A stretch of 64,000 nt of DNA from an uncultured Gemmatimonadales bacterium (GCA_963716255.1 OY970303.1:5536001-5600000); one strand, 5' to 3'. Numbered from the stretch's first letter, positions 11,346 to 22,166 are shown. Notes: generated by a model not told the origin, from the sequence alone. Numbers and translations: made by a program.

Positions 11346-12401
11346 ATGTCCCGCCTCGCCGCCTCCCCCCGCCCCGACGCCGAGCCCCTGCGCGACTCCC
11401 CCGAGCCGGCGGTGCCCGCCCCGCCCGCCGGCCCCGACCTGTCGGTGGTCGTGGTGAACCGGAACACCCGGGAGCTGCTGGCGGAGTGCCTGGCCTCGGT
11501 CCGGGCGGCGGCGGGGCCGCTCGGCGTGGAGGTGATCGTGGTGGACAACGGGTCCACCGACGGGAGCGCGCAGCGGGTGCGCGACGAGTTCCCGGAAGTC
11601 CGGCTCATCGAGAACCGGGCCAACACCGGCTACGCATTCCCCAACAACCAGGGACTCGCCGCCAGCCGGGGCCGCTACGTGCTCCTGCTGAACAGCGACA
11701 CCGAGGTGGGGCCCTCCGCGCTGGCCCGCCTGGTGGAATTCATGGACACGCACCCGGGAGCGGGCGCCTGCGGCCCGCTCCTCCGCTACCCGGACGGGCG
11801 GCTGCAGCGGTCGTGCTACAGCGTCCCGTCCCCGCGCACCTACCTTTCCGCCGCGTTCACGCTGGACCGGCTCTTTCCCCGCAGCCGGGCGTTCGGCAAC
11901 GAGCACACCGGTTTCGCGCACGACCGCACCGCTCCGGTGGGGGCGCTGCTCGGGGCGGCGCTGCTGGTGCGGCGCGAGGTGCTGGCCACGGTGGGCGGGC
12001 TGGACGAGCGGCTGCGGATCCACTACAACGACTTCGACTGGTGCCTGCGGATCCGCGAGGCGGGGTGGGAGGTGTGCTTCGTCCACGACGCCGAGGTGGT
12101 CCACCACCTCCAGGCCACCACCCGCGCCGAGAACCGCCACCTCCGCCTGCAGGGGGAGCTGGTGCGCAACCTCTTCGACTACCACGAGAAGCACTACGGG
12201 CGGCGGGGGGTGAGGCGGGTCCGTCTCGCCATGCTGCTGGGGTGGGGGGGGCGCTGGGCGGTGTTCGGGGCGCTGGGCAGGCTCTTTCCGGACCGGGCGG
12301 GGGAGGTCTCGTCGCGCTTCCGGCGGGGGATGGTGCGCGCCGCCTGGACGGGGGACCCGGAGCAGTTCGGTGCCGACCGGGTGGAGATCGAGGACCGTTG
12401 A
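11346..12401 (+). CDS. Glycosyltransferase family 2 (WbbL/rhamnosyltransferase-like)
   Basis: VIVVDNGSTDGS, N.GYA..NNQG, LLLNSDT, GAALLVRRE, GGLDE, DWCLR. Confidence 0.85.
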   Translation: MSRLAASPRPDAEPLRDSPEPAVPAPPAGPDLSVVVVNRNTRELLAECLASVRAAAGPLGVEVIVVDNGSTDGSAQRVRDEFPEVRLIENRANTGYAFPNNQGLAASRGRYVLLLNSDTEVGPSALARLVEFMDTHPGAGACGPLLRYPDGRLQRSCYSVPSPRTYLSAAFTLDRLFPRSRAFGNEHTGFAHDRTAPVGALLGAALLVRREVLATVGGLDERLRIHYNDFDWCLRIREAGWEVCFVHDAEVVHHLQATTRAENRHLRLQGELVRNLFDYHEKHYGRRGVRRVRLAMLLGWGGRWAVFGALGRLFPDRAGEVSSRFRRGMVRAAWTGDPEQFGADRVEIEDR

Positions 12402-12424
12402 CGTTTGGAACGGCTTTGAACGGC

Positions 12425-12590
12425 GGGTTCGGGCGTGCCCCCGGCTGGCGCCGGGGTCGGGCTTCGGCTCCGTAGGGCTGCAAACAACGCAGCCCAACGG
12501 AGTCGAGCCCCGCGAAACTGCCCGCGGGTCTCGCCCCTTCGGGCCGAAATCCCTCACGCGGGACTCACGCTGGCGTCCGCGGGGGCCCCC
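12425..12590 (+). repeat. Structured intergenic repeat family A, copy 2
   Basis: Same backbone as copy 1; central stem GGGCTGC-AAACAAC-GCAGCCC. Confidence 0.95.
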
Positions 12591-12744
12591 TCCCCGGCGC
12601 TACGCGCCACCCTTCCCCCGCAAGCGGGAGAGGGGAAGCACGGCACTGCACAAGCAGTTGCCCCCTCTCCCAGAATGGCGCTTCACGCTTCGCGTGAACC
12701 GTATGAAGGACCCGGGTGGCGGCTCGGAGGCCGCCGGGTGAGGG
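12588..12744. repeat. Two inverted REP-like family B units (second one interrupted)
   Basis: CCCTCCCCGGCGCTACGCGCCACCCTTCCCCCGCAAGCGGGAGAGGGG on +, then GTTGCCCCCTCTCCCAGAAT...GGGTGGCGGCTCGGAGGCCGCCGGGTGAGGG in the opposite orientation, matching 37914-37971. Confidence 0.7.
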
Positions 12745-12745
12745 T

Positions 12746-14683
12746 CTACGGGCGCGGCGGGATCGCCAGCTCCTGTCCGGCGCGGATCGTGTCGCCCGGG
12801 AGCGCGTTGGCGGCGCGGATCGCGGCCACGGTGACCCCGTAGCGGCGGGCGATCCCGAACAGGGTCTCGCCGGGCTGCACGCGGTGACGCCGCGCGCCGG
12901 CGGCGCGCGGCGGCGCCGCGGGCTCCGCGCGCGCGGAGCCCTGCCGCGGGGCGGCCGTGTCGGCGGGCGCCGGGGCGGCGTCGGGCATCGGCGGGGCGGG
13001 GGCCGGGGGCGGCGGGACCGCCTCGCGGCGGGCCGGGAGGGGACGCCGCGGGGTCGCGGGGGTCACGCCCAGGCGGAGCGTGTGGTTGACGATGTCCTCC
13101 GCGTCGTCCGAGCTTTCCCAGCTCTGGCCGCGGTTCTGGTACAGGTAGTTGTAGCGGGTGCCGGCGGTCCACTCCGCGTCCACGCGGAGCGAGGCCACGT
13201 CCAGGCTGCCGCGGAGACCGCCGAAGAGCGAAACGTCGTGCGCCAGGAACGGCCACCCCACGATCTGGGCCCGGGCCGTGGTGTAGAACGCGTCGTTGTC
13301 CCAGCGGATGCGCCCGCCGAAGGCGCCCACGCGCCAGCGGGAGGCCAGGTAGTCCACGGCGGCCCACTGGCTGGACGCCCCGGGCCCGATGCTCGCCCCG
13401 ATCACCTGCCCCTCGTTGGTGTAGCCCTGCGGCACGGCCGGGCCGGTGTACATGCTCACCGACTCCAGCCCGCGGGGGGTCTGCTCCAGGTAGGTCGCCT
13501 CCAGCTGAAGCCGGAGCGCGTCGCCGCCGCGGACGGGCCGGGCGCCCTGGACGCCCAGGGTGTAGCCCAGCGAGAGCGCCGGGTTGTCCAGGAAGTTCAG
13601 CATGGAGCCGGGGAGGTCCTGCCGGGTCAGCTCGGCGTACACCTCGAAGCCGTTCTCCGGGAAGACCCAGCGGCCGAAGAACGAAAGCAGCTGGTCCGCG
13701 CGGCGCGCCTCGCGCAGCGAGTCGCCGGGAGTGCCGAAGCGCCAGCGGGTGAAGACGTCCGCCGCGTGGCCGGCCACGTCGCCGGGCTCGTCCACCAGCG
13801 ACTGGACCGTCCGCGCCATCCCCACGGTGAGGCCGCGGTCGAAGGCCGGGCTGAAGGTGAGCGCCATCCCGCTGAGGGCGCGCACGTCCGCGGCGGCGGT
13901 GTCGAAGTACTCCGACTGGCGCAGCCGCCCCACCATCCACCGCCCCTCCAGCGTCCCCAGCCGCGTCCTCACCGGCGAGGCCGTGCGCAGGAAGAGGTGG
14001 GGAAAGCCGGGCGCGTTGTTGCTCATCACCAGCGCGTTGCGGATGCCCGGGCCCCACCACTGGCTTTCCGTGGAGGCGCCGAAGGACGCCCCACCCACCC
14101 GCACGGCGACCGCGCTCTGCCCGGGGGTCACCCGGGTGGCGGCATCGTCGCCGAAGCGCAGGGGGAGGTCCGCGGAGCGCCGCCCGAAGTACCAGGGCGG
14201 CGAGTTCCCGTGCCGCGCCAGGTCCGTGAACTCCGGGAGGTCGAAGTCGCGGTTCTGCTCGTACTGGAGCTCCGGCGCGAGGAGAACGGACAGCGGCCCC
14301 CAGCGGAGCCACGCCCCCGCGAGGAGGCGCGCGTTTGCGCCCCGCCCGGCGCGCAGGGCGCCGTCGTTGAGCGAGTTGGGGAGGGCCGAGTTCCAGGTGA
14401 AGTCCAGCTCGGGGGCGAGAACGGCCCACTCCCAGGGCCCGTCGCCCGGACGGATGCGCTCGGACGCGGAGCGCACCAGGAACCCCTCGGTGGACGCTTC
14501 CCCCAGCAGCTGGCCGGTGCGCAGGCGGTCGTCGTAGTCGCCCCCCACGACGGGGAGCACGCGCACGGCGCCCCCGGGAAGGGCGGCCTGCGGGACCGTG
14601 TCGGGGGCCTGGGCGGGGAGGGGCGCGGCGAGCGCCGAGAGCGCTGCGAAGAGCAGAGTCGGGAGGAGGATCCGCCGTGCCAT
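12746..14683 (-). CDS. Capsule assembly Wzi-family outer-membrane protein with Pro/Ala linker and C-terminal LysM domain
   Basis: Signal peptide MARRILLPTLLFAALSALAAPLPAQ; WWGPGIRNALVMSNNAPGFPH Wzi-type motif; C-terminal HRVQPGETLFGIARRYGVTVAAIRAANAL..DTIRAGQELAIP is a canonical LysM. Confidence 0.8.
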   Translation of the reverse strand: MARRILLPTLLFAALSALAAPLPAQAPDTVPQAALPGGAVRVLPVVGGDYDDRLRTGQLLGEASTEGFLVRSASERIRPGDGPWEWAVLAPELDFTWNSALPNSLNDGALRAGRGANARLLAGAWLRWGPLSVLLAPELQYEQNRDFDLPEFTDLARHGNSPPWYFGRRSADLPLRFGDDAATRVTPGQSAVAVRVGGASFGASTESQWWGPGIRNALVMSNNAPGFPHLFLRTASPVRTRLGTLEGRWMVGRLRQSEYFDTAAADVRALSGMALTFSPAFDRGLTVGMARTVQSLVDEPGDVAGHAADVFTRWRFGTPGDSLREARRADQLLSFFGRWVFPENGFEVYAELTRQDLPGSMLNFLDNPALSLGYTLGVQGARPVRGGDALRLQLEATYLEQTPRGLESVSMYTGPAVPQGYTNEGQVIGASIGPGASSQWAAVDYLASRWRVGAFGGRIRWDNDAFYTTARAQIVGWPFLAHDVSLFGGLRGSLDVASLRVDAEWTAGTRYNYLYQNRGQSWESSDDAEDIVNHTLRLGVTPATPRRPLPARREAVPPPPAPAPPMPDAAPAPADTAAPRQGSARAEPAAPPRAAGARRHRVQPGETLFGIARRYGVTVAAIRAANALPGDTIRAGQELAIPPRP

Positions 14684-14722
14684 GCCGTGGGTTCTGAAAA
14701 GGGACAAAGTGCGCGTCCACAC

Positions 14723-14751
14723 TGGACAACGGCTCCAGGGGATGATAACAT
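14723..14751 (+). promoter_or_regulatory. Candidate sigma70 promoter for the second Wzi-like gene and the downstream operon
   Basis: TGGACA-N17-TAACAT with a TGn extension, in the intergenic region between the divergent Wzi-like genes. Confidence 0.45.
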
Positions 14752-14787
14752 CATGGCCCATGCGGGTCTAGGCTGGGGAGGGCGAAC

Positions 14788-16443
14788 TTGGCGAGCAGCG
14801 GTCCGATCGTGAGCAGAGCGTTTTTTCATCGATCGCGAGGCCTGAGAGGAGCCTTCGTCCTCACCGGCATCGCGATCTTCGTTTCGCCGCTGGGCGCCCA
14901 GAACCGCGTGCCCTCGGGGATCGATCTCGGCGTGGTGTTCGCCGGGAGCGAGGGCGAGGAGTACCTGCGCAGCCTGCAGGTGGCGGGCGCGGCGCCTCTG
15001 TACCCGTGGAGCCTGCGGGGGTTTTCGGCGCCCGAGGTGGCCGCGCTCCTGCCCGACAGCCTGACGCACCCCTGGGCCGCGCGCTTCCCGCAGGGCGGGG
15101 AGGGCGCGATTCCGCGCAGGCTGGGCGTGATCCCCCCCCAGGCGGAGCTGCGCTTCAACTCCGGCTTCCCCTACGGCTCCAACGACGCGGCGCTGTGGGC
15201 GGGGCGGGGGATGTCGGCGGCGGTCACGGCGGGGGTGGCGGGTCGCTACGGGCCGGTGTCCTACGTGCTGGCTCCCACGGCGGTGTGGGCCCAGAACGCC
15301 GAGTTCCCCCTGCAGGCCAACGGCTCCACGGAGCCGTTCGCGGACGGGCGCTCGCCCACCTCCATCGACCTGCCGCAGCGCTTCGGCGACGGCGCCTACG
15401 CGCGGCTCGATCCCGGCCAGAGCACCCTGCGGCTGGACGCCCGCGGCGTGGCGCTGGGGCTTTCCACCGCGGACCAGGTGTGGGGGCCCGCTTCGCGCTT
15501 CCCCCTGGTGCTGGGGAACAACGCGCCCGGCTTCCCGCACCTCTTCGCGGGGACCTCGCGCCCGGTGAGCGTGGGCGTGGGGAAGCTGCACGCCCGGTTC
15601 GTCTGGGGGCGGCTCTCGCAGTCGGACTACTCGCCGGTCGCGGCGGACTCCTCGATCCGCTTCATGTCCGGGCTGGTGGCGACGTTCACCCCGCGGGGGC
15701 TCCCCGGCCTGGAGGTGGGCGCGTCGCGCTTCTACCACCTCCCCTGGACGGACGACGGGCCCGCCCTCCGCGCGTTCCTCCGCCCGGTGGAAGGGATCTT
15801 CAAGATCGAGACGGCCGACCCGGACGACCTGCAGCCGCTGACGGAGGCCAACCAGCTCGCCTCGCTCTTCGCGCGCTACGTCGCGCCGCGGTCCGGCTTC
15901 GAGGTGTACGGCGAGTACGGCCGCGAGGACCACAACTTCGATCTCCGGGACTTCATCCTGGAGCCGGACCACATGAGCGCCTACACGCTCGGCTTCCGCA
16001 AGGTGTGGAAGCGCGTGGAGCCGCGCTGGGTGGTGCTCCGCGGCGAGGTCGCGAACACCCAGGCCACCCACCTGGCGCGCGTCCGGCACCAGGGTCCGTA
16101 CTACGCGCACCACTCGCTCCGGCAGGGTCACACCAACGCCGGGCAGCTCCTGGTCCCGGCCGCCGCGTACGGCGGCGGCGGGGCGACGCTCGGGGTGGAC
16201 TACCTGCATCCGCGCGGGCGCTGGACGGTCTCCTGGGCGCGCGAGCTCCGTGCGTACGCACCCCCGGACACCGCCGTCGCCGGGACGCGCGACGTCATGC
16301 ATTCGCTGGGGGGGGAGGCTGTCTTCTTCCGCCGGGGGGTGGACCTCACGGCCGGGGTCACCGGCGTGTACAACCGCAACCGCTACTTCGTGTCGGACGA
16401 GTTCAACCTGAACCTCGCCTTCGGCGCGAGGATCGGGCTCTGA
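14788..16443 (+). CDS. Capsule assembly Wzi-family outer-membrane protein (paralog)
   Basis: DLPQRFGD, WGPASRFPLVLGNNAPGFPH, GFEVYGE, QGHTNAGQ shared with the divergent paralog; beta-strand-like C-terminus; start uncertain (GTG 14809 possible). Confidence 0.75.
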   Translation: MASSGPIVSRAFFHRSRGLRGAFVLTGIAIFVSPLGAQNRVPSGIDLGVVFAGSEGEEYLRSLQVAGAAPLYPWSLRGFSAPEVAALLPDSLTHPWAARFPQGGEGAIPRRLGVIPPQAELRFNSGFPYGSNDAALWAGRGMSAAVTAGVAGRYGPVSYVLAPTAVWAQNAEFPLQANGSTEPFADGRSPTSIDLPQRFGDGAYARLDPGQSTLRLDARGVALGLSTADQVWGPASRFPLVLGNNAPGFPHLFAGTSRPVSVGVGKLHARFVWGRLSQSDYSPVAADSSIRFMSGLVATFTPRGLPGLEVGASRFYHLPWTDDGPALRAFLRPVEGIFKIETADPDDLQPLTEANQLASLFARYVAPRSGFEVYGEYGREDHNFDLRDFILEPDHMSAYTLGFRKVWKRVEPRWVVLRGEVANTQATHLARVRHQGPYYAHHSLRQGHTNAGQLLVPAAAYGGGGATLGVDYLHPRGRWTVSWARELRAYAPPDTAVAGTRDVMHSLGGEAVFFRRGVDLTAGVTGVYNRNRYFVSDEFNLNLAFGARIGL

Positions 16444-16452
16444 GGCGGGATC

Positions 16453-17871
16453 GTGCGCGAAATCATCCAATCCGCTGCTGAAGCAGACATGAACTACCCG
16501 GCAGACTCGACCGTGGCCCGCTTCGAGGACGGCACCGCCCTTCTGGGGGTGATCGGCCTGGGGTACGTCGGCCTCCCGCTGGCCGTCGAGATGGCGCGCA
16601 GCGGGTACCGCGTCCTCGGCTTCGACGTGAGCGAGCGGGTGGTGGACGGCATCAACCGTGGGGCGAGCCACATCCAGGACGTCCCCTCGGATGCGCTCGC
16701 GGCGTTCGTGGGCGAGGGGCTGCTCGTGGCGACCACGGACCTGTCGCGCCTGGCGGAGTGCGACGCCATCAGCATCTGTGTCCCCACGCCGCTCTCCAAG
16801 ACCAAGGACCCGGACCTGTCGTACGTGGTCGCCGCCACGCACGCCGTCCGCCAGGGGCTGCGCCCCGGCCAGCTGGTCATCCTGGAAAGCACCACCTACC
16901 CGGGGACCACGCGCGACGCCATGCTCCCCGTGCTGGAAGGGGGCGGGCTGGCGGGGGGGCGCGACTTCTTTCTGTGCTTCAGCCCGGAGCGGGTGGACCC
17001 CGGCAACGCGGTCTGGCACACGCGCAACACGCCCAAGGTGCTCGGGGGGATCACCCCGGCGTGCGCCGCGGCGGGGATGGCGCTGTACTCGCGCATCTTC
17101 GACGTGGTGGTGCCCGTGGAGAGCGCGGAGGCCGCGGAGCTGGTGAAGCTGTACGAGAACACCTTCCGCATGATCAACATTGCGCTCGTCAACGAGATGG
17201 CGCAGGTGTGCGACCGCCTGGGCGTGGACGTGTGGGGGGTGATCGAGGCGGCGGCCACCAAGCCGTTCGGCTTCATGAAGTTCACGCCGGGGCCGGGGCT
17301 GGGCGGGCACTGCATCCCGCTGGACCCGCACTACCTCTCGTGGAAGATGAGGACGCTGGCCTTCAAGACGCGCATGATCGAGCTGGCCAGCGAGATCAAC
17401 GCGGAGATGCCGGCGTTCGTGGTGCGCAAGGTCGCCGACGCCCTCAACGAGGACCGCAAGCCGCTCAACGGCAGCCGGGTCCTGGTGCTGGGGGTCGCGT
17501 ACAAGAAGGACATCGACGACCTGCGCGAGAGCCCGGCGCTGGAGATCATCCAGCTGCTGCAGGACAAGGGCGCGGAGGTGGCGTTCCACGACCCCTTCTG
17601 CCCCGTGATCCTGGACGACGGCCACACCTCCATCTCCGGCCTCCCGCTGCACGGCGTGGCACTCACGGACGCCGAGCTGGCGGCCGCGGACGCGGTGGTG
17701 GTGGTGACCGACCACTCGGACGTGGACTACGCGCGGGTCGCCGCGCGCGCCCGGCTGGTGGTGGACTCGCGTGGCGTCATGCGCCGCGCGGCGGGGGGCG
17801 CGCGGGTGGTGGGGATCTCGGGCACGGAGGGCGTCGCCGCGCCGCGCGGCCGGACCTCGGTGGCCGCGTGA
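16453..17871 (+). CDS. UDP-N-acetylhexosamine 6-dehydrogenase (WbpA/WbpO/TviB family)
   Basis: [57 protein letters not shown] 16489 is an alternative start. Confidence 0.9.
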   Translation: MREIIQSAAEADMNYPADSTVARFEDGTALLGVIGLGYVGLPLAVEMARSGYRVLGFDVSERVVDGINRGASHIQDVPSDALAAFVGEGLLVATTDLSRLAECDAISICVPTPLSKTKDPDLSYVVAATHAVRQGLRPGQLVILESTTYPGTTRDAMLPVLEGGGLAGGRDFFLCFSPERVDPGNAVWHTRNTPKVLGGITPACAAAGMALYSRIFDVVVPVESAEAAELVKLYENTFRMINIALVNEMAQVCDRLGVDVWGVIEAAATKPFGFMKFTPGPGLGGHCIPLDPHYLSWKMRTLAFKTRMIELASEINAEMPAFVVRKVADALNEDRKPLNGSRVLVLGVAYKKDIDDLRESPALEIIQLLQDKGAEVAFHDPFCPVILDDGHTSISGLPLHGVALTDAELAAADAVVVVTDHSDVDYARVAARARLVVDSRGVMRRAAGGARVVGISGTEGVAAPRGRTSVAA

Positions 17872-18929
17872 CGGCGTACCGGGAGACCCAGGACGAGCTG
17901 CGCCGGAGCCCCCGCCGCTGGCTGGTGACCGGGGCGGCGGGCTTCATCGGTTCCAACCTGGTGGAGCAGCTCCTGGGGCTGGGCCAGGAGGTGGTGGGGC
18001 TGGACAGCTTCGCCACCGGACACCGCCGCAACCTGGACGAGGTCCGCCAGCGGGCGGGGGAGAGCGCCGCCGCCTTCCGCTTCATCGAGGGCGACATCCT
18101 GGATCTGGACGCCTGCCGCGAAGCGTGCGAGGGGGCGGACTTCGTGCTCCACCAGGCGGCGCTCGGCTCGGTGCCGCGCTCGCTGGAGGATCCCATCCGC
18201 TCCAACCGCGCCAACGTGGACGGGTTCCTCAACATGCTCGTCGCCGCGCGGGACGCGCGGGTGGGCCGCTTCGTGTACGCCGCCTCCAGCTCCACCTACG
18301 GCGACCACCCCGGCCTCCCCAAGGTGGAGGACCGCATCGGGCGGCCGCTCTCGCCGTACGCGGTGACCAAGTACGTCAACGAGCTGTACGCGGGGGTGTT
18401 CCAGCGCTCGTACGGGCTGGAAACCATCGGGCTGCGCTACTTCAACGTGTTCGGGCGGCGGCAGGACCCGGACGGCGCCTACGCGGCCGTGATCCCCAAG
18501 TGGGTGGGGAGCCTGCTTGCCGGCCGCCCCTGCTACGTCAACGGCGACGGCGAGACCAGCCGCGACTTCTGCTACGTGGACAACGTGGTGCAGGCGAACC
18601 TGCTCGCGGCGACCTCGCGCCACCCCGAAGCCACCGACCAGGTCTACAACGTGGCGTTCGGGGAGCGGACCACGCTCAACGAGATCTTCGGGCTGATCCG
18701 CGACGGCCTGGCGGCGTACCGCCCGGAGCTGGCGCAGGCGGAGCCCATCTACCGCGAGCCCCGGGCGGGGGACGTGCGCCACTCGCTGGCGGACATCGGC
18801 CGGATCCGCTCGCGGCTGGGCTACGCGCCCGCCTTCTCGGTGCGCGACGGGCTGGCCGAAGCGCTCGACTGGTACGTGCGCGACGCCGACCGGCGCCGCG
18901 CCGTCGAGACCGCGGGGGCCGCGTCGTGA
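17868..18929 (+). CDS. UDP-GlcNAc(A) C4-epimerase (WbpP/TviC family)
   Basis: [71 protein letters not shown] overlap with upstream gene. Confidence 0.9.
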   Translation: MTAYRETQDELRRSPRRWLVTGAAGFIGSNLVEQLLGLGQEVVGLDSFATGHRRNLDEVRQRAGESAAAFRFIEGDILDLDACREACEGADFVLHQAALGSVPRSLEDPIRSNRANVDGFLNMLVAARDARVGRFVYAASSSTYGDHPGLPKVEDRIGRPLSPYAVTKYVNELYAGVFQRSYGLETIGLRYFNVFGRRQDPDGAYAAVIPKWVGSLLAGRPCYVNGDGETSRDFCYVDNVVQANLLAATSRHPEATDQVYNVAFGERTTLNEIFGLIRDGLAAYRPELAQAEPIYREPRAGDVRHSLADIGRIRSRLGYAPAFSVRDGLAEALDWYVRDADRRRAVETAGAAS

Positions 18930-19804
18930 AGGGGATCATCCTGGCCGGCGGCTCGGGGACCCGGCTCTACCCGATCACGCAGGCGGTCAGCAAGCAGCTG
19001 CTGCCGGTGTACGACAAGCCCATGGTGTACTACCCGCTGAGCACGCTGATGCTGGCGGGGATCCGCGAGGTGCTGGTCATCTCCACGCCGTACGACCTCC
19101 CCCTCTTCCGCCGCCTCCTGGGCGACGGGTCGCAGTGGGGGATGGAGCTGTCGTACGCGGAGCAGCCCCGCCCGGAGGGGCTGGCGCAGGCCTTCGTCAT
19201 CGGGCGCGAGTTCGTGGGCGACGGGCCGGTGTGCCTGGTGCTGGGGGACAACATCTTCTACGGGCACGGGCTGAGCGAGTCGCTGCAGCGCGCCGCCGCC
19301 CGCACCCGGGGCGCGACGGTGTTCGGGTACTACGTCCGGGACCCGGAGCGCTACGGCGTGGTGGAGTTCGACCGCGAGGGGCGCGCCGTCACCATCGAGG
19401 AAAAGCCCGAGCGCCCGCGCTCCAACTACGCGGTCACCGGGCTGTACTTCTACGACAACCGGGTGCTGGAGATCGCGGCGTCTCTGAAGCCCTCGCCGCG
19501 GGGCGAGCTGGAGATCACCGACGTGAACCGCCGCTACCTGGCCGACGGCGGGCTGAGCGTGGAGATCATGGGGCGGGGAATGGCGTGGCTGGACACGGGG
19601 ACGCACGAGTCGCTCGCCCAGGCCGCGAACTTCATCCAGACGGTGGAGGAGCGGCAGGGGCTCAAGATCGCCTGCCCGGAGGAGATCGCCTTCGGGTGGG
19701 GGTGGATCACGGCGGACGACGTGACGCGCCTGGCGGAGCCGCTGCGCAAGAACGCGTACGGTGCCTACCTGCTGTCGCTGGTGGAGCACGGCGCGATCCG
19801 ATGA
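18926..19804 (+). CDS. rfbA: Glucose-1-phosphate thymidylyltransferase
   Basis: [60 protein letters not shown]. Confidence 0.96.
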   Translation: MKGIILAGGSGTRLYPITQAVSKQLLPVYDKPMVYYPLSTLMLAGIREVLVISTPYDLPLFRRLLGDGSQWGMELSYAEQPRPEGLAQAFVIGREFVGDGPVCLVLGDNIFYGHGLSESLQRAAARTRGATVFGYYVRDPERYGVVEFDREGRAVTIEEKPERPRSNYAVTGLYFYDNRVLEIAASLKPSPRGELEITDVNRRYLADGGLSVEIMGRGMAWLDTGTHESLAQAANFIQTVEERQGLKIACPEEIAFGWGWITADDVTRLAEPLRKNAYGAYLLSLVEHGAIR

Positions 19805-20373
19805 AGACCCTCCAGACCCGCATCCCCGGCGTGGTGGTGCTGGAGCCGCGGGTGTTCCCGGACTCGCGCGGGTACTTCATGGAGACGTGGAGCCGCGACC
19901 GCTACGCGGAGGCCGGGATCGACGCGGAGTTCGTGCAGGACAACCTGTCCTTTTCCGGGCGCGGCGTGCTGCGCGGCCTGCACTTCCAGAATCCCTCGCC
20001 GCAGGGGAAGCTGGTGGGCGTGCTGCAGGGCGCCGTGTTCGACGTGGCGGTGGACCTGCGTGTGGGCTCCCCCACCTTCGGGGAGTGGGTGGGGATGGCG
20101 CTGACCTCGGAGAACCGCCGGCAGATGTACGTCCCCGAGGGGCTCGCCCACGGCTTCGTGGTCACCGGCGACAGCGCGCTCTTCAGCTACAAGTGCACCC
20201 GCGCGTATTCGCCCGCGGACGAGCGCAGCCTGCGCTGGGACGACCCGGAGGTGGGGATCCGCTGGCCGGTGGCGGAGCCGGTGCTGTCCCCCAAGGACGC
20301 CGCCGCGCCGCGGCTGCGCGACATCTCCGGGGAACAGTTGTTCCGCGCGGATGCCCGCGCGGGAAGCGTCTAG
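19801..20373 (+). CDS. rfbC: dTDP-4-dehydrorhamnose 3,5-epimerase
   Basis: [49 protein letters not shown]. Confidence 0.95.
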   Translation: MKTLQTRIPGVVVLEPRVFPDSRGYFMETWSRDRYAEAGIDAEFVQDNLSFSGRGVLRGLHFQNPSPQGKLVGVLQGAVFDVAVDLRVGSPTFGEWVGMALTSENRRQMYVPEGLAHGFVVTGDSALFSYKCTRAYSPADERSLRWDDPEVGIRWPVAEPVLSPKDAAAPRLRDISGEQLFRADARAGSV

Positions 20374-20453
20374 CCGGCCGGCCGCCGGGCGCGAGGGGGA
20401 AGGGGCCCCGGCGCACGCCGCGCCGGTCGGGGGGCACACCACAGGGAGGGCGC

Positions 20454-20867
20454 ATGCGGTTCGACGAGATGAAGGTGGGGGACGCCGCGGAGCTGTCGAA
20501 GACGATCACCGACGCGGACATCGTCCTGTTCGCGGGGATCAGCGGCGACTTCAACCCGGTCCACATGGACCAGCAGGCGGCGGAGCGGTCGCGGTTCGGC
20601 GGCCGGATCGCCCACGGCATGCTAACCGCGAGCCTGATCTCGGGGGTGCTAGGGATGCGGCTGCCCGGGCCGGGCGCCATCTACCTCAACCAGTCGCTGC
20701 GCTTCACCGGCCCCGTCAAGATCGGCGACACGGTGACCGCCCGGGTGGAGGTGCTGGAGCTGATCCCGGCGAAGCAGCGGGTGCGCGTCGCCACCGTGTG
20801 CCGGAAGCAGAGCGGCGAGACCGTCCTGGACGGGGAAGCCCTGCTCTGGGTTCCCGACCCGTCCTGA
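20454..20867 (+). CDS. MaoC/PhaJ-type (R)-specific enoyl-CoA hydratase
   Basis: FAGISGDFNPVH, RFGGRIAHGML, LPGPGAIY..QSLRF..PV.IGD; SD GGGAGG upstream. Confidence 0.9.
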   Translation: MRFDEMKVGDAAELSKTITDADIVLFAGISGDFNPVHMDQQAAERSRFGGRIAHGMLTASLISGVLGMRLPGPGAIYLNQSLRFTGPVKIGDTVTARVEVLELIPAKQRVRVATVCRKQSGETVLDGEALLWVPDPS

Positions 20868-20970
20868 TTCCCCGGGCCGTGGACGGGTCCGTCACCGCGG
20901 ACCCTCGCCGCGGCCGTTTCGCACAACGTGGCGCCGTCGCATCCGCCGGCACCGGAGGGAAGAGCTTCAG

Positions 20971-21702
20971 ATGATCCACGGCACGGCGGTGGTCGAGTCC
21001 GACCAGATCGGGGAAGGCGTGACGATCGGCGAGTTCGCGGTCGTCCGCCGGGGCGCCGTCCTCGGCCGGGGCGTGGTCGTCCACCCCCACGTGGTGATCG
21101 CCGACGGGGTCGAGGTGGGCGACGGCGTGGAGATCTTCCCCGGCGCGTTCCTCGGCAAGGAGCCCAAGGGCGCGGGCGCGCTGGCGCGCCAGCCGCGCTT
21201 CGAGCGCCGCATCCGCATCGGGGCGAACTCGTCCATCGGCCCGCACGCGGTGGTCTACTACGACGTGGAGATCGGCGAGAACACCCTGGTGGGAGACGGC
21301 GCCTCCATCCGCGAGGGGTGCAGCATCGGGTCGCGCTGCATCATCAGCCGGTACGTGACCGTCAACTACAACACCCGCATCGGGGACCGCACCAAGGTCA
21401 TGGACCTCACGCACGTGACGGGCAACTGCGACATCGGCAGCGACGTGTTCGTGAGCGTGATGGTGGGGATGACCAACGACAACGCCATCGGCTCCAGGGG
21501 CTACAGCGACGAGGAGATCCGGGGTCCGCGGATCGAGGACGGCGCCATGGTGGGGGCGGGCGCGACCCTGCTCCCCGGCGTGGTGGTGGGGGCCGGCGCG
21601 ATCATCGGCGCCGGGGCGGTGGTGAGCAGGGCCGTGGAGGCCGGCACGGTGGTGATGGGGATCCCCGCACGGTTCGCGCGCCGGGTGGCCGCCGAGGAGT
21701 GA
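20971..21702 (+). CDS. Hexapeptide-repeat (left-handed beta-helix) N-acyltransferase, QdtC-like
   Basis: Repeated IG..V.IG hexapeptides, IG.GAVV...V, G.PAR C-terminus; lies within the amino-sugar operon. Confidence 0.85.
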   Translation: MIHGTAVVESDQIGEGVTIGEFAVVRRGAVLGRGVVVHPHVVIADGVEVGDGVEIFPGAFLGKEPKGAGALARQPRFERRIRIGANSSIGPHAVVYYDVEIGENTLVGDGASIREGCSIGSRCIISRYVTVNYNTRIGDRTKVMDLTHVTGNCDIGSDVFVSVMVGMTNDNAIGSRGYSDEEIRGPRIEDGAMVGAGATLLPGVVVGAGAIIGAGAVVSRAVEAGTVVMGIPARFARRVAAEE

Positions 21703-22166
21703 GGGCGATCCAGGCGGTCCCGGGCACGCACGGCGATCCGGCCTTCCGGGCGCTCCGGGAGTGCCGCATCGTGCAGCTCCCCAAGATCAGCGACCCGCGC
21801 GGCAACCTGACCTTCGCGGAGTCGCGGCGGAACGTGCCCTTCGACATCGCGCGCGCGTACTGGATCTACGACGTTCCCGGCGGCGAGGACCGCGGGGCCG
21901 GGCACGCGTACCGGCGCCTGCAGGAGTTCGTGATCGCCCTGTCCGGGAGCTTCGACGTGGTGGTGGACGACGGGACGGAGAGCAGCCGCTTCACGCTCAA
22001 CCGCTCGTACTTCGGGCTGTACGTGCCCAACACGCTGTGGCGGCGGATCGAGAACTTCTCCACCAACGGGGTGTGCCTGGTGCTGGCCTCCGCCCCGTAC
22101 GACGTGGACGACTACCTGCGCGACCACGAGGCGTTCGCCCGGTGGCGGGGGGCGGCGCGGCCGTGA
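21699..22166 (+). CDS. FdtA/QdtA-family cupin (dTDP-sugar 3,4-ketoisomerase-like), variant HAY motif
   Basis: [51 protein letters not shown]. Confidence 0.85.
   Translation: MRAIQAVPGTHGDPAFRALRECRIVQLPKISDPRGNLTFAESRRNVPFDIARAYWIYDVPGGEDRGAGHAYRRLQEFVIALSGSFDVVVDDGTESSRFTLNRSYFGLYVPNTLWRRIENFSTNGVCLVLASAPYDVDDYLRDHEAFARWRGAARP

Noticed and set aside
12370..12842. Small ORFs sharing the peptide RACPRLAPGSGFGSV (also near 4530, 37495, 55624, 63642)
   Set aside because: They are translations of the non-coding repeat. Frames and ends differ between copies, and changes follow base pairing rather than codons.
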